Source: the human T2T-CHM13v2.0 reference genome, Homo sapiens. Taken from it: a stretch of 64,000 nt of DNA. Made by a program: the position numbers and the translations under genes. The stretch lies in NCBI RefSeq assembly GCF_009914755.1, contig NC_060947.1; one strand, given 5' to 3'. Positions within the stretch are counted from its first letter, which is position 1, and the number at the start of each line of letters is the position of its first letter. The notes beneath the pieces are model-generated. The model was given only the letters and a program-made list of their open reading frames with translations, did not search any database and had not been told where the DNA came from. Below, one piece after another: positions 14,032 to 33,466 of this stretch.

Positions 14032-14141
14032 TATCAGGGCAAATTCAGCCCCCGATATTTCACGCAGGTTCTTTTCTATTTTCCCTAAGTGTCAGCCAGT
14101 CAGAGAAATAAAGGGAAAGAGTACAAAACAGAGAAATTTTA
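14032..14141 (-). mobile_element. 3'-terminal 110 bp of a MER11 LTR (HERV-K11/HML-8), abruptly truncated
   Basis: tatcagggcaaattcagcccccgatatttcacgcaggttcttttctattttccctaagtgtc...gagaaatttta matches the reverse complement of the recalled MER11 3' end. Confidence 0.8.
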
Positions 14142-17188
<3,047 letters not shown>

Positions 17189-18430
17189 CAAGCATCGCTA
17201 ATCACTAGGATAAATGCGAATTAAAATTATAATGAGATATATCCTCACACATGTTAGAATGGCTTTCTACAAAAAAATGAAAGATAAACATGGCAAGGAT
17301 ACAGAGGAAAGAAAATTCTTGTACATTGTTGGTAGGAATGTAAATTAGTAAAATGATTATGGAAAACAGTATGGAGTTTTCTCAAAAAACTAAAAATAGA
17401 ACTACCATATGTCCAGGAATCCCACTTCTGTGTGTATATCCAAAGGAATTGAAATGTGTAATTCGAAAGTGTTGCTGCACTTCTATGTGTATTACAGTAT
17501 TATTCATAATAGCCAATATATAGATGCAACCTAAGTGTCCATCAGTGGATAAAATGAATAAAGAAAATGTGGTGTATATATACACAATGTAATACTTTTT
17601 GGCCTTTAAAAATTAAGGGAATTCTGTCATTTGTGATTGTGTGGATGAGCCTGGAGGCTAGCTAAGTAAAATAAGCTAGGCACAGAAAAACAAATACCAC
17701 ATAATCTCATTTATACGTGATTTCTGTAAAATTGAACTCATAAAAGTAGAGAGTGAAATGATATTTACCAGAGTCTGGAAGGGGAGTGATGGAGGGAATG
17801 AGGACTTCTTGGTCAAAGGGTACAAAGTTGCAGATAGACAGGAGGAATATGTTTTGAGATCTATTACACAGCAGGATGATCATAATCAATAATAATGTAT
17901 ACAGTCATGCATCACTTAATTACAGGGATACTTTCTGAGAAATATGTCATTAGGTGATTTTGTCATTATGTGAACATCATAGAGTGTACTCACACAAATC
18001 TACTTGGTATAGCCTACTATGCACCTAGGCTATATAAAATAGCCTATTACTCCTAGGCTATAAAGCTGTACACATTGTGACTATACTGATTACTAGTAGG
18101 CAGTTGTAACATCATGATAAGTATTTGTGTATCTAAATATATCTAAACATAGAAAAGGTTAAGTTAAAATACTATAATATAATTTTATGAAGCCACCATC
18201 ATACATGCACTTCATTGTTAACCAAAAAATCATTATGTGATATATGATTATATTTCAAAATAACTAGCAGAGTACATTTCAAATGCCTCACCATAAAAAT
18301 TAAATGAAGGGAGTGATAGAAATGTTAACTAGCCAGATTTAATCATTCTATGTTATATACACATATCAAAACATCATATTGTACTCAATACATGTATACA
18401 ATTACGATTTGTCAACTAAACATAATATCA
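17189..18430 (+). mobile_element. L1MA ORF2 end and 3'UTR, interrupted by Tigger3a
   Basis: L1MA-type 3'UTR (ggtcaaagggtacaaagttgcag...acatatcaaaacatcatattgtac) continuing on both sides of the DNA transposon. Confidence 0.82.
17902..18250 (+). mobile_element. Tigger3a/MER7A non-autonomous TcMar DNA transposon
   Basis: Begins cagtcatgcatcacttaat, ends cattatgtgatatatgatta (decayed TIRs); about 350 bp; flanked by TA at 17900-17901 and 18251-18252. Confidence 0.88.
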
Positions 18431-18444
18431 ATGAGTAAATTAAA

Positions 18445-18790
18445 AACACACAGGTCAAGGAAGAAATCAAAAGAAAAATTAGAAAGTATTTCTTACTGAA
18501 TGAAAATTAAAATACATCTCAAACTGTGTGGGATGCCACTAAATCAATATTTAGATAAAATTTATAGACTATTTCAGAAAGCAAGAAAAGACTGAAATCA
18601 ATTTTCTCAGCCTCCACCTTAAGAAACTAGAGGAAAAAAAAAAAAAGAAAAAAAACCTAAAGTGAGCAAAAGGAAAGAAAATAATAAAGCAGATAAGAGA
18701 ACAACCAACAAAATATTTTTTTAAAAATGGAGAAAATTGACAAAACTGAAATCTGGGTTTTTAAAAACTCAACAAAGTCAATCGATTAAC
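18445..18790 (+). mobile_element. Ancient L1M ORF2 fragment
   Basis: Degenerate ORF2 post-endonuclease region (ggtcaaggaagaaatcaaaagaaaaattagaaagtatt...). Confidence 0.7.
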
Positions 18791-20487
18791 TGATAACATG
18801 TGTTACATTACTGTAGCATTTGGCGTATGGCTTTTTCCCCTGAGCATAAAGTTGTTTAGATCCATCCAAGTTGCTGCATGTATTAACAGCACGTTTCTTT
18901 TTATTGCTGAGTGGTACTCCCCTGTAGGGGTTTACCTTTATCTGTCAATTGACTTATGAGGGAAATTTGGGTCTTTGCCAATTTTTCTTGCCTGTGGTTG
19001 TCTAATTGCTCCAGCATCGTTTGTTGAAAAAGTTATGCTTCCTAATTTGAATTGGTTTTGTACTCTTGTGAAAAATCATTCCTTTGATTCATGTGTATAT
19101 GTCTCCACCAATAATATACAGTCTTGATTACCATACCAAACTCAATATTAGATAAAGTGATTATTCCCACTTTGTTTCTTTTTGAAATTGTTTAGCTATT
19201 GTAGACACTTTGTCTTTCTGTATAAATTTTATAATAAAGTTGTATATATCTACAAACAAAAATTTTGCTGGGATTTTGATAGAAATTATGTAAAATCTAT
19301 AGATTAACTTCAGGAGATTTGGCATCTTGACTTTATTGTCTTCCAATTCATGAACATTTTATATATATGCATTTATTTGGATCTTCTTTTATTTTCTTTA
19401 TCAGAAATTTCTAATTTTCAACATACAGAGCCTATATATGCTTTGTTAGAATTATACTTAATTCATTTTGAGAGTGACTGTAAATTGTGTCACATTTTAA
19501 ATTTCCATTTCCATATATCAATTGCTAGAATATAAAAATTTGATTGGCTTTGGTGTGTTGGTCTTGTACCCTGTGACATTGATACACTCACCTACTAGTT
19601 CTAAGAGTTTTGGGTATATTCTGTAGGATATTTATGTAAATAACCATGTCATTTGCAAGTTGTGACAGTTTTATTCTTTTCTTTCCAATATGTATGCCTT
19701 TTATTTCTTTTCCTTGACTTACTTCATTGGCTAGAATTTTCAGCACTATTTTGAATAGGGATGGTTAATTAAGATATCTTGTTTTATTCTAGAGCTTAGG
19801 GGAAAAGAATTAAGTCTTTCACCATTAATTTTAATGTTAGCTGTAAGTTTTTAAAAACGCTCTATCAAGGTAAGGAAGTTTCTCTCTAATCCTAGCTTGT
19901 TGAACAATTTTTTTCTTCATGAACAACTATTGGATTTTTTTCAAATGCATCTCTGCATCAATTAATATGATTATGGTTTTTTCTCTTGTTTAGCCTGCTG
20001 ACATTGTAAATTACACTGATGGATTTTTTAATATTGAAAAAAAAACCTACTTGGTCGTGTTGTAAAATTATGTATAGACATAGCTAGATTCTGTTTTGTA
20101 ATAACTGTTGGTAGTTTTTTGTGTAAGTCTGTGAGAGATATTTATCTGTAATTTTCTTCTTTTATACTTTCTTTGTGCAGTTATGGTACTAGAAAAACAC
20201 TGGCCTCATAAAATGAATTGTACAGTAATCCTTCACTTTTTATTTTGTGTAAGAAATTGGGTAAAATTGGTGTTAATTTTTCTTTAAATATTTGGTAGAA
20301 TTTTCTGGTGGCATTATCTGTGCTTGGGGATTTTTTTAACTCTAATTTAATTTTTAAATAGTTCTAGGACTATTTTAATTATTTATATCCTATTGGTTGG
20401 CTTTGGGTAGTTTGCGGTTTTTAAGTAATTGCTGTATTTCATTAAGTTGTCTAGTTATTGTTTCTAAAGTTCTTTGTAGTATTTTCT

Positions 20488-20544
20488 CTTTTTTTCTTTC
20501 TTTTAACTTTTATTTTAGGTTTAAGGGTACATGTGCAGGTTTGT
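20488..20544 (-). mobile_element. Ultra-short L1 3'-terminal insertion (57 bp including tail)
   Basis: T-rich tail plus aacttttattttaggtttaagggtacatgtgcaggtttg, flanked by direct repeat tagtattttct (20477-20487 and 20545-20555). Confidence 0.82.
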
Positions 20545-20857
20545 TAGTATTTTCTTATTATCCATTGAAGGGCTACTGAATCTGTAGTAATATTCCTTGC
20601 TCTGTTCCTGAAATTGGTAATTAGTGTCATCTCTCTTTTTACTTTTGTCAGCCTTAATATAGGTTTATCCACTTCACTGAACTTTTCAAAGGACCATCTT
20701 TTATTTCGTTGATTTTCTCTACTGTTTTTCTATTTTTAATTTTATTGATATGTTTTTATTATGTCATTTCTTCGGCTTGCTTTGGGTTTATTTTGTTCTT
20801 TTTCTATTTTATTGACATGGGAGTTTAGATTATTTATTTTAGGCATTTCCCTTTTCT

Positions 20858-21205
20858 TTTTTTTTTTTTGTCTTTCTTTTTGTTTTTGTTTTGTTTTGTT
20901 TTGTTTTTTTGAGATGGAGTGTCACTCTGCCACCAGGCTGGAGTGCAGTGGCATGAACTCAGCTACCTGCAACCTCCGCCTCCCGGGTTCAAGCAATTCC
21001 CCTGCCTCAGCCTCCTGAGAGGCTGGGACTACAGGCGTGCACCACCACGCCCAGCTAATTTTTTTTTTTTTTTTTTTTTGGTATTTTAGTAGAGACGGAG
21101 TTTCACCAAGTTGGCCAGGATGATCTCGATCTCCTGACCTCGTGATCCACCTGCCTTGGACTCCCAAAGTGCTGGGATTCCAGGCATGAGCCACCGCACC
21201 CGGCC
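20858..21205 (-). mobile_element. AluSc-like element
   Basis: Full Alu dimer with Sc-type features (gatctcgatctcctgacctcgtgatcc; shortened gccaccaggctgg). TSD tcccttttct at 20848-20857 and 21206-21215. Confidence 0.93.
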
Positions 21206-21529
21206 TCCCTTTTCTAATTTAAGTATTCATTGCTATAAATTTCTCTCAGTCCTGCTATAGCTGCATTCCATGGATTTTGATATGTTTTCATTTTAATTTA
21301 GGTTTTTGTACTTTTAAAAAATATTTCTTTGAGACTTACACATGAATTATTTAAAAGTACATTGTTTAATTTATAAATGTTTGGAGATTTTTCTATTATC
21401 TATTATTAATTTCTAGCTTGATTCTACTGTGAGCAGATAATGTACTCAAAATTATTTCAATTGTTTTTTATCTACTGGCCCATTTTATTTTTATTAGTGT
21501 TCACATGGCATATTTTCTCATGACCATTC

Positions 21530-21608
21530 TTTTTTGTATTTGTATTTTTTTAGTGTTAGATTCAGGGAGTACATGTGCATGTATGTTACTTGTGTACGTT
21601 GTGTGCTG
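21530..21608 (-). mobile_element. Short L1PB/L1MA 3'-end fragment
   Basis: T-rich tail plus ttagattcagggagtacatgtgcatgtatgttac; no clear TSD. Confidence 0.6.
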
Positions 21609-21910
21609 GCTTACTTTCAATCATTACATTTGAAATGTTATTTGTAGACAGCATATTATTGGGCTTGTTTTATTTTTTAATCCATTCTGTCAACTTCTGC
21701 CTTTAATTGGCATATTTAGACCATTTGCTCTTGAAGTAATTTTTGTTAGTTAAGGCTTAAGTCTACCATTTTATTATTTGTTGTTTGTTCTATTTCTCAT
21801 TCTTCTGTTTTCCTTTTCTTGTCATTCTGATAATTTCTTGAATATTTTTAGAATTCCATTTTTATTTACTTATACTATCTTTAATATCCTTCTTTTTATA
21901 GTTTTAATTC

Positions 21911-21936
21911 ATATATATATATATATATATATATAT
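21911..21936. repeat. (AT)n microsatellite
   Basis: Direct read. Confidence 0.95.
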
Positions 21937-21951
21937 CTCCATACACATGTG

Positions 21952-22700
21952 GGTCAAAGAAAAGGGGAAAAGGGTCGAACTCTGTAAAATATTTGAAGAG
22001 ATTTATTCTGAGCCAAATATGAGTGACCATGGCCCCTGACACAGCCCTCAGGAGGTCCTGAGAACATGTGCCCAATGTGGTTGGGGTGCAGCTTGGTTTT
22101 ATACATTTTACAGAGGCATGAGACCTCAATCAAATACATTTAAGAAATATATTGGTTTGGTCCCAAAAGGTGGAACAACTCAAAGTGGGGGCTTCCAGGC
22201 TATAGGTGAATTTAAACATTTTCTGATTGACAATTAGTTGAATTTATCTAAAGACCTGGGATAGATAGAAAGGGAATGTTCAGGTTAAGATAAAGATTGT
22301 GGAGACCAGAGTTCTTTAAAATCTTATAGTGGCTGCCCTTAGAGGCAATAGGTAATAAAGTTTTCCTATCCAGATCTTAGTTAATCTCTTTAGGTTTAGG
22401 AGGGTCTGGAAGAAAAAGATCCAGCTATGTTAATAGAGATGCTTTACAGATGCAAATTTTCCCCTACAAAGAACAGCTTTGCAGGGCCATTTCAAAATGT
22501 GGCAAAGAAACATGTTTGGAGATAAAATATTTTTATTTTCTTCTTTGTCTTGTAATGTTATGCCAGAGTCAGTTTGGAAAGTAAATCATGATATATAAGG
22601 TTAAATAAAACCCATCTGATTAGAATTTATTATTTGTAGGGCATGGCTCCCCAAATCCCTTAGGTAGAAATTAGATAAAAATATAAGAGTTTAGTCCTCA
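21952..22700 (-). mobile_element. MER4A-family solo LTR (ERV1)
   Basis: Right end gagtttagtcctca is the reverse complement of the MER4A start TGAGGACTAA; typical gatttattctgagccaaatatgagtgacc segment; 4-bp TSD TGTG (21948-21951, 22701-22704). Confidence 0.85.
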
Positions 22701-22704
22701 TGTG

Positions 22705-23950
22705 TTAGTGTGTGTGTTTATGCAACTTATCACAGTCTACTGTGATTCTACAAACTACTACCAACATTAAACAGCTTCAAATTAAGTATTGAAACCCTAC
22801 TTCAACTTACCTCCCTTTACCCTGCCCGCTTTTTAAATGTAGTTGTCTTGGACATATTTCTTCTACACACGTTGACCACCATATCAGATGGTATTATAAT
22901 TTTTGCTTCAACCTGTCAAACATGATTCAGAAACCACATGAAAAAAGACCTATTATATTTTTATCCCTATCTTTACTCAATTCTATATTCTTATTTTCTT
23001 TTGGAGATTCCAAGGCTTCTGCTTCTATTGTTTTTTTTTTTCCTGTTAAGTAACTTTCTGTAGCTATTCTTTAGGGGTAGGTTTACTTATGACAAATTAT
23101 TTTAATCTTTTTACCTGAGAAACTCTATTTTCCATTCATTCTTGGAGGATATTTTGCTGAATATAAAATTTTGAGTTAACAGTTCTTTAATTCCAGTACT
23201 TGAAAATGCTGTGCCACTTTCTTCTGGCCTATATGATTTCAGTTGAGAGATTCAGTTTTTTATATTGTTATTCTTCTATGCATCATTTTTCTCTGTATTC
23301 AATTTTTTTCTTTAGTTTTTAAAAGTCTGATTATGATGTGTCTTGGTGTGGATTTCTTTGGGTTAATCTTGTTTAGTTTACATTGAGCATCTTGAATCTA
23401 TATGTTCATGTCTTTTGTTAAATTTCAAGTACTCTTTTAAACCCACACTTATTTTCCCATCTTTCTAAAACTCCAATGATATAAATGTCAAATTTATCAT
23501 TGTCTCCCAGGTTTTTGAGACTCTCACTTATTCTTTTCAGCCTACTTTTTCTTTGTTGTTTCAGCTAGGTAAACCCTCTTGAACTATCCTCTAGTTCACT
23601 GATTCTACACTGTTATATCCACTCTGGCATTGAATTTAGGCAGCAAATTTTCTATTTTTGTAACTTTAATTTTCAGTCTATAATTTACATTTAATTCTTT
23701 TTATCACATTTTAATTTTTTACTTCTTTTATTTTTTCATTTATTTCAAGAGAATTTGAAATTTCTGATAAAAGCATCTTTGTGATACCTGTTTTAAAATC
23801 ATTGCAGATCATTTCAATTCCTGTGTCATGTCAGTTTTGGCATCTGGTGAATGTCTTTTTTAATTCATTTTGTGATTTTAAGTTTTGACCTCCTATATTC
23901 CTGGTATGATGAGTAATTTTCTATTTTATCTGTATATTTTGGATTAGTCA
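22705..23950 (-). mobile_element. Ancient L1M 5'/ORF1-region fragment
   Basis: Degenerate T-rich L1M-type sequence (cattcttggaggatattttgctgaatataaaatt; tgatgtgtcttggtgtggatttc). Confidence 0.6.
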
Positions 23951-24377
23951 ATTGATTTTTATTAAGTTGCAAAGGCAACTCAATGCAACTTAATGAAGAA
24001 AGGATTGTATTTTCAATAAAGATCACTGAAACTACTGGACATCTGTATGCAAACAGATAAATGAAAGTCCTCTCATAATTTACACTTCATAACTAATTAA
24101 CTCAAAGTATATTATAAATCTAAATGTAACACTGGAAAGTACAAAACTTCTAAAAGTATATATGAGAGAAAAAACTTTTGGCCTTGCATTAAGCAAATAT
24201 TCCTTAGAAATGACACCAAAAGAATGACCCATAAGAAAAAATGATAAATTAGACTTTATCAAACTTTTCAAAAGAAAAACAATATATTTCTTCTCTGTGA
24301 AATACATGGTTAATAGAATAAGAAGCTAAGCCATAGACTTCAGTGAAATCATTGAAAATCACACATCTGAAAAATAC

Positions 24378-25315
24378 GGGGGAGGAGCCAAGATGGCCAA
24401 ATAGGAACAGCTCCAGTCTACAGCTCCCAGCATGAGCGAAGCAGAAGACGGGTGATTTCTGCATTTCCAACTGAGGCACCAGGTTCATCTCACTAGGGAG
24501 TGCCAGACAGTGGGCGCAGGTCAGTGGGTGCGCGCACTGTGCGCGAGCTGAACCACAACTGCGCACACTGTGCACGAGCTGAACCAGGGCGAGGCATTGC
24601 CTCACTCGGGAAACACAAGGGCACAGGGAGTTCCCTTTCCTAGTCAAAGAAAGTGGTGACAGATGGCACCTGGAAAATCGGGTCACTCCCACCCGAATAC
24701 TGCGCTTTTCTGATGGGCTTAAAAAACGGCGCACCAGGATATTATATCCCAACCTGGCTTGGAGTGTCCTATGCCCACGGAGTCTCGCTGATTGCTAGCA
24801 CAGCAGTCTGAGATCAAACTGCAAGGCGGCAGCGAGGCTGGGGGAGGGGTGCCTGCCATTGCCCAGGCTTGCTTAGGTAAACAAAGCAGCCGGGAAGCTC
24901 GAACTGGGTGGAGCCCACCACAGCTCAAGGAGGCCTGCCTGCCTCTGTAGGCTCCACCTCTGGGGGCAGGGCACAGACAAACAAAAAGACAGCAGTAACC
25001 TCTGCAGACTTAAATGTCCCTGTCTGACAGCTTTGAAAAGAGCAGTGGTTCTCCCAGCACGCAGCTGGAGATCTGAGAATGGGCAGACTGCCTCCTCAAG
25101 TTGGATCCCTGACCCCCGACCCCTGAGCAGCCTAATTGGGAGGCACCCCCCAGCAGGGACAGACTGACACCTCACACGGCCGGGTACTCCAACAGACCTG
25201 CAGCTGAGGGTCCTGTCTGTTAGAAGGAAAACTAACAAACAGAAAGGACATCCACACCAAAAACCCATCTGTACATCACCGTCATCAAAGACCAAAAGTA
25301 GATAAAACCACAAAG
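24378..25315 (+). promoter_or_regulatory. L1 5'UTR internal sense/antisense promoter with YY1 motif (caagatggcc, about 24389-24398)
   Basis: Relatively CpG-rich L1 5'UTR; promoter function is established for the family but activity of this copy is unknown. Confidence 0.8.
24719..24859 (-). pseudogene. L1 ORF0, frameshifted (46-aa truncated frame)
   Basis: MAGTPPPASLPPCSLISDCCASNQRDSVG... matches the ORF0p N-terminus; the C-terminal half (GYNILVRRFLSPSEKR...) is in another frame (ORF 24249-24752). Confidence 0.85.
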
Positions 25316-26330
25316 ATGGGGAAAAAACAGAGCAGAAAAACTAGAAACTCTAAAAAGCAGAGCGCCTCTCCTCCTCCAAAGGAACGCAGTTCCTCACCAG
25401 CAACGGAACAAAGGTAGATAGAGAATGACTTTGACGAGCTGAGAGAAGAAGGCTTCAGACGATCAAATTACTTCGAGCTACGGGAGGACATTCAAACCAA
25501 AGGCAAAGAAGTTGAAAACTTTGAAAAAAATTTAGAAGAATGTATAACTAGAATAACCAATACAGAGAAGTGCTTAAAGGAGCTGATGGAGCTGAAAACC
25601 AAGGCTCGAGAACTACGTGAAGAATGCAGAAGCCTCAGGAGCTGATGCGATCAACTGGAAGAAAGGGTATCAGCGATGGAAGATGAAATGAATGAAATGA
25701 AGCGAGAAGGGAAGTTTAGAGAAAAAAGAATAAAAAAATGAGCAAAGCCTCCAAGAAATATGGGACTATGTGAAAAGACCAAATCTACGTCTGATTGGTG
25801 TATCTGAAAGTGACGGGGAGAATGGAACCAAGTTGGAAAACACTCTGCAGGATATTATCCAGGAGAACTTCCCCAATCTAGCAAGGCAGGCCAACATTCA
25901 GATTCAGGAAATACAGAAAACGCCACAAAGTTACTCCTGGAGAAGAGCAATTCCAAGACAAATAATAGTCAGATTCACCAAAGTTGAAATGAAGGAAAAA
26001 ATGTTAAGGGCAGCCAGAGAGAAAGGTCGGGTTACCCTCAAAGGGAAGCCCATCAGACTAACAGCAGATCTCTCAGCAGAAACTCTACAAGCCAGAAGAG
26101 AGTGGGGGCCAATATTCAACATTCTTAAAGAAAAGAATTTTCAACCCAGAATTTCATATCCAGCCAAACTAAGCTTCATAAGTGAAGGAGAAATAAAATC
26201 CTTTACAGACAAGCAAATGCTGAGAGATTTTGTCACCACCAGGCCTGCCCTAAAAGAGCTCCTGAAGGAAGCGCTAAACATGGAAAGGAACAACCGGTAC
26301 CAGCTGCTGCAAAATCATGCCAAAATGTAA
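25316..26330 (+). pseudogene. L1 ORF1 (disrupted)
   Basis: ATG GGG AAA AAA at 25316; stops TAG 25415-25417 and TGA 25643-25645; 2-bp deletion near 25735; RRM/CTD frame open at 25770-26330. Confidence 0.93.
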
Positions 26331-26393
26331 ACACCATCAAGACTAGGAAGAAACTGCATCAACTAACGAGCAAAATAACCAGCTAATATCATA

Positions 26394-30218
<3,825 letters not shown>

Positions 30219-32870
30219 ACAATGAGAACACATGGACACAGGAAGAGGAACATCACACTCTGGGGACTGTTGTGGGGTGGGGGGAGGGGGGAGGGATAGC
30301 ATTGGGAGATATACCTAATGCTAGATGATGAGTTAGTGGGTGCAGCGCACCAGCATGGCACATGTATACATATGTAACTAACCTGCACATTGTGCACATG
30401 TACCCTAAAACTTAAAAGTATACTAACAATAAATAAATTAAAAAAAAAAAGAAAATCACACGTGTCAAAAAAGCCTTTTATTCAGCATACATAAACAACT
30501 CTTGAAATTCAGTTATAAGGAAACAAACTCCTTTTGAAAGCAGGCAAAAGTCTTGAATAGTTAACCAAAAATTATACAGGTAGCAAAGAGGCACATAAAA
30601 ATATGCTCAATATATTAGTCATCAGTAAAGTGCAAATTAAAATGATGATGAGATACTACTAAACACATATTAAAACTCAAAATTGAAACTTAAATTTTGT
30701 AACTAAATTAAAAAATTTTAACATTAAAAGAACTGACAAACGTGGTGCTGTTGAGAATGTGGCATAACTGGGATTATTGTTGGTTATACAAAATGGTATA
30801 ACAATCTTGGAAAAAGAGTTTTAGTTTCATATAAGATTAAACATCCACTTACAATATAATACAGCAATCACATTCTTAGATTATTGCCCAGATAACTAAA
30901 AACTATGTAAGTACAAAAAAAAAACCTGTTTAAAATGTTTACAGCAGCTGTATTCCTAATTGCCAAAAGCTGGAAGCAACTCAATGTCTATCAGCTGTTG
31001 AATGAATAAACAAACTACGGAACATTTATACAATGTGTAATGCTACTCAGTAATAAAAGTGAATTGATACATGCAACATGATGAATATTAGAAGAAAAAG
31101 GTAAGACTCAAAAAGCTACATACTATTTGATGGCATATTATATGCCTGTCTTAGTTTATTCCTGCTGTTATAACAAAATATCTGAAACCAGGTAATTTAT
31201 ATAGAACTTAAAATTATTTCTCATAATTCTAGAGGCTAGAAGTTCAAGATGAAGGTGTTGGCAGGTTTGGTCTCTGTTGAGAGCTTGAGCTCTGCTTGCA
31301 AGATGGTACTATGCTGCATTCTTCAGAGAGGAATGATACTATATCCTCATATGACAAAAGGAACAGAAGGGGAATAAAAAGACTGAGCTAGTTCCTTCCA
31401 GTGCTTTTATACGGCACTAATTATAACCATGAGAGCAGAGTCCTTATGGCCAAATAACCCCCTAAGGCCTCACCTCTTAATACTGTTACACTGGGGGATC
31501 AAGTATCAACATGAATTTTGGGGAGGATACAAACATCCAAACTATAGCATTCTGCTCCTGGCCACCCCAAATTCATGTCCTTCTCACATGTAAAATACAT
31601 TCATTGTATCTTAATAGCCCAAAACATCTTAATTCATTCCAGTATCATCTTTAAAGTCTAAGTCAAGAGTCTCATCTAGATTAAATATGGGTGAGATTCA
31701 AGGTATCATTCATCCTGAGGAAAATTACCCCTCCAGCTGTGAAATCAAACAAGTTGTGTGTTCTGAACTACAATGGTAGGACCAGCATAGGATAGACATT
31801 CCCATTCCAAAAGGGAGAAATAGGCAAGAAGAAAAGGGTAACATGTCCCAAGTAAGTCCAAAACCCAACAAGGCACATAACATTAAATCTTGAGGCTTGA
31901 GAATAACCTTTTCTGACTCTATATTCTGCATTCCAGATACACTAGGGTAGGGTTTGGGCCTCTAAGGCTCCAGACAACCCTGACCCCATGACTTTGCTGT
32001 GGATAACCCACAAAGCAGCTCTCAAGGTTTGGAGTCAGGTACTTTCAGCTCTCCTAGGTTGATATTTCATGCTGGAGGCTCTCTATTTCTGGGGTCTTGG
32101 AGGCAGCCTTACCCTCACAGCTCTGCTTGGAATTGCCCTAGTGGGGGATCTCTTCATTAGCCTCAATTCCACACCTCTTGGCATTCCTCTAAGTGGAGAC
32201 TCTCTGCAATGGTCCCACCCACATGGTAGACAAGGCATTGCCCTAATGGAGGCTCTCTGAGGTGGCCTCACCCCTGTGGCACTTCTCTGCCTGGGCCCTG
32301 AGGTTTTCTCCTAAGAATCCTTTGAAATCTAGGTGAAGGTAGCCATGCCTCCACAGCTCTTGCACACTGCATGCCTGCAAAGATGATGCCACATAGACAT
32401 TGCCAAGATTTACTACTTGTACCTTTTGAAGGGGTGGCCAGAGCCACACCTGAGTCCTCTTGAACCACATTTGGGGTAGCCAAGGAGTGCTGTGCCCAAA
32501 TGCAAGGAGCAGAAACTTGAGATGGCACTGGGTAATGAGCCCCATGGTTCTACAAGTCATTTGGGTCCTTTCTTTGAACCTGTTATATCCTCAAGGCCTT
32601 GGCACTCGGGGCCTGTGATGGGCATGGTAGCCTTGAAGATCTCTAAAATGTTGTCAGTGTCATTCTTTCATTCTTGATAAATAGCATCCAACTTCCTTAT
32701 GTCCATACTAACCTCCTTATCAAATATTTGCTTGGTCACACCCTAGGTATTCTCTCCCAAATATGCTTTTTATTCTTTAAATGGCTAGGCTGAAAATTTT
32801 ATAAAATCTTTAAGTTCTACTTCCCTTTTGATTATAAATTTATTTTTATTTATCTATTCATTCATTTATT

Positions 32871-33172
32871 TTGTTTGTTTGTTTGTTTTGAGATAAAGTC
32901 TCACTCTGTCACCCAGGCTGGAGTGCAGTGACATGATCTCAGCTCACTGAAACCTCCACCTCCCTGGTTCAAGCGATTCTCCTGCCTCAGCTCCCCTGAG
33001 TAGCTGGGACTACAGGCGCATGCCACCACACACAGTTAATTTTTGTATTTTTAGTAGAGACAGGATTTCACCATATTGGCCAGGCTGGTCTTAAACTCCT
33101 GACCTCAGGTGATCCACCCAACTTGGCCTCCCAAGGTGCTGGGATTATAGGCATGAGCCACCTTGCCTGGCC
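32871..33172 (-). mobile_element. AluSx inserted into the tail of an AluJ
   Basis: Full AluS dimer (cctgacctcaggtgatcc); TSD cattcatttatt at 32859-32870 and 33174-33185. Confidence 0.93.
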
Positions 33173-33173
33173 C

Positions 33174-33466
33174 CATTCATTTATTAAGACAGGGTCTTAC
33201 TCTGTCACCCAGGGTGGAATTCAGTGGCATGATTATAGCTTGCTGCAGCTTTGAACTCCTAGACTAAAATGATCCTTCTGCCTAATGCTCCTGCATGGCT
33301 AGGACTACAGGCACATACCACCATGACTGGCTAACTTTAAAAACTTTGTAGAGATGGGGTCTCACCATGTTGCCCAGGCTGGTCTTGAACTTCTGGCCTC
33401 AAGTGTTTCTTCTGGCTTGGTCTCAAAAAACACTGGGATTACAAGCATAAGACATCTTGGTCAGCC
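33174..33466 (-). mobile_element. AluJ body (rest of tail at about 32838-32870)
   Basis: J-type gattatagcttgctgcagctttgaactcc; high divergence. Confidence 0.88.

Larger units (their letters stand above)
18800..21760 (-). mobile_element. Ancient L1M ORF2/3' fragments carrying younger insertions
   Basis: Degenerate minus-strand ORF2 (19161-19346 resembles ...PKLIYRFN.IPIKIP). Confidence 0.75.
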
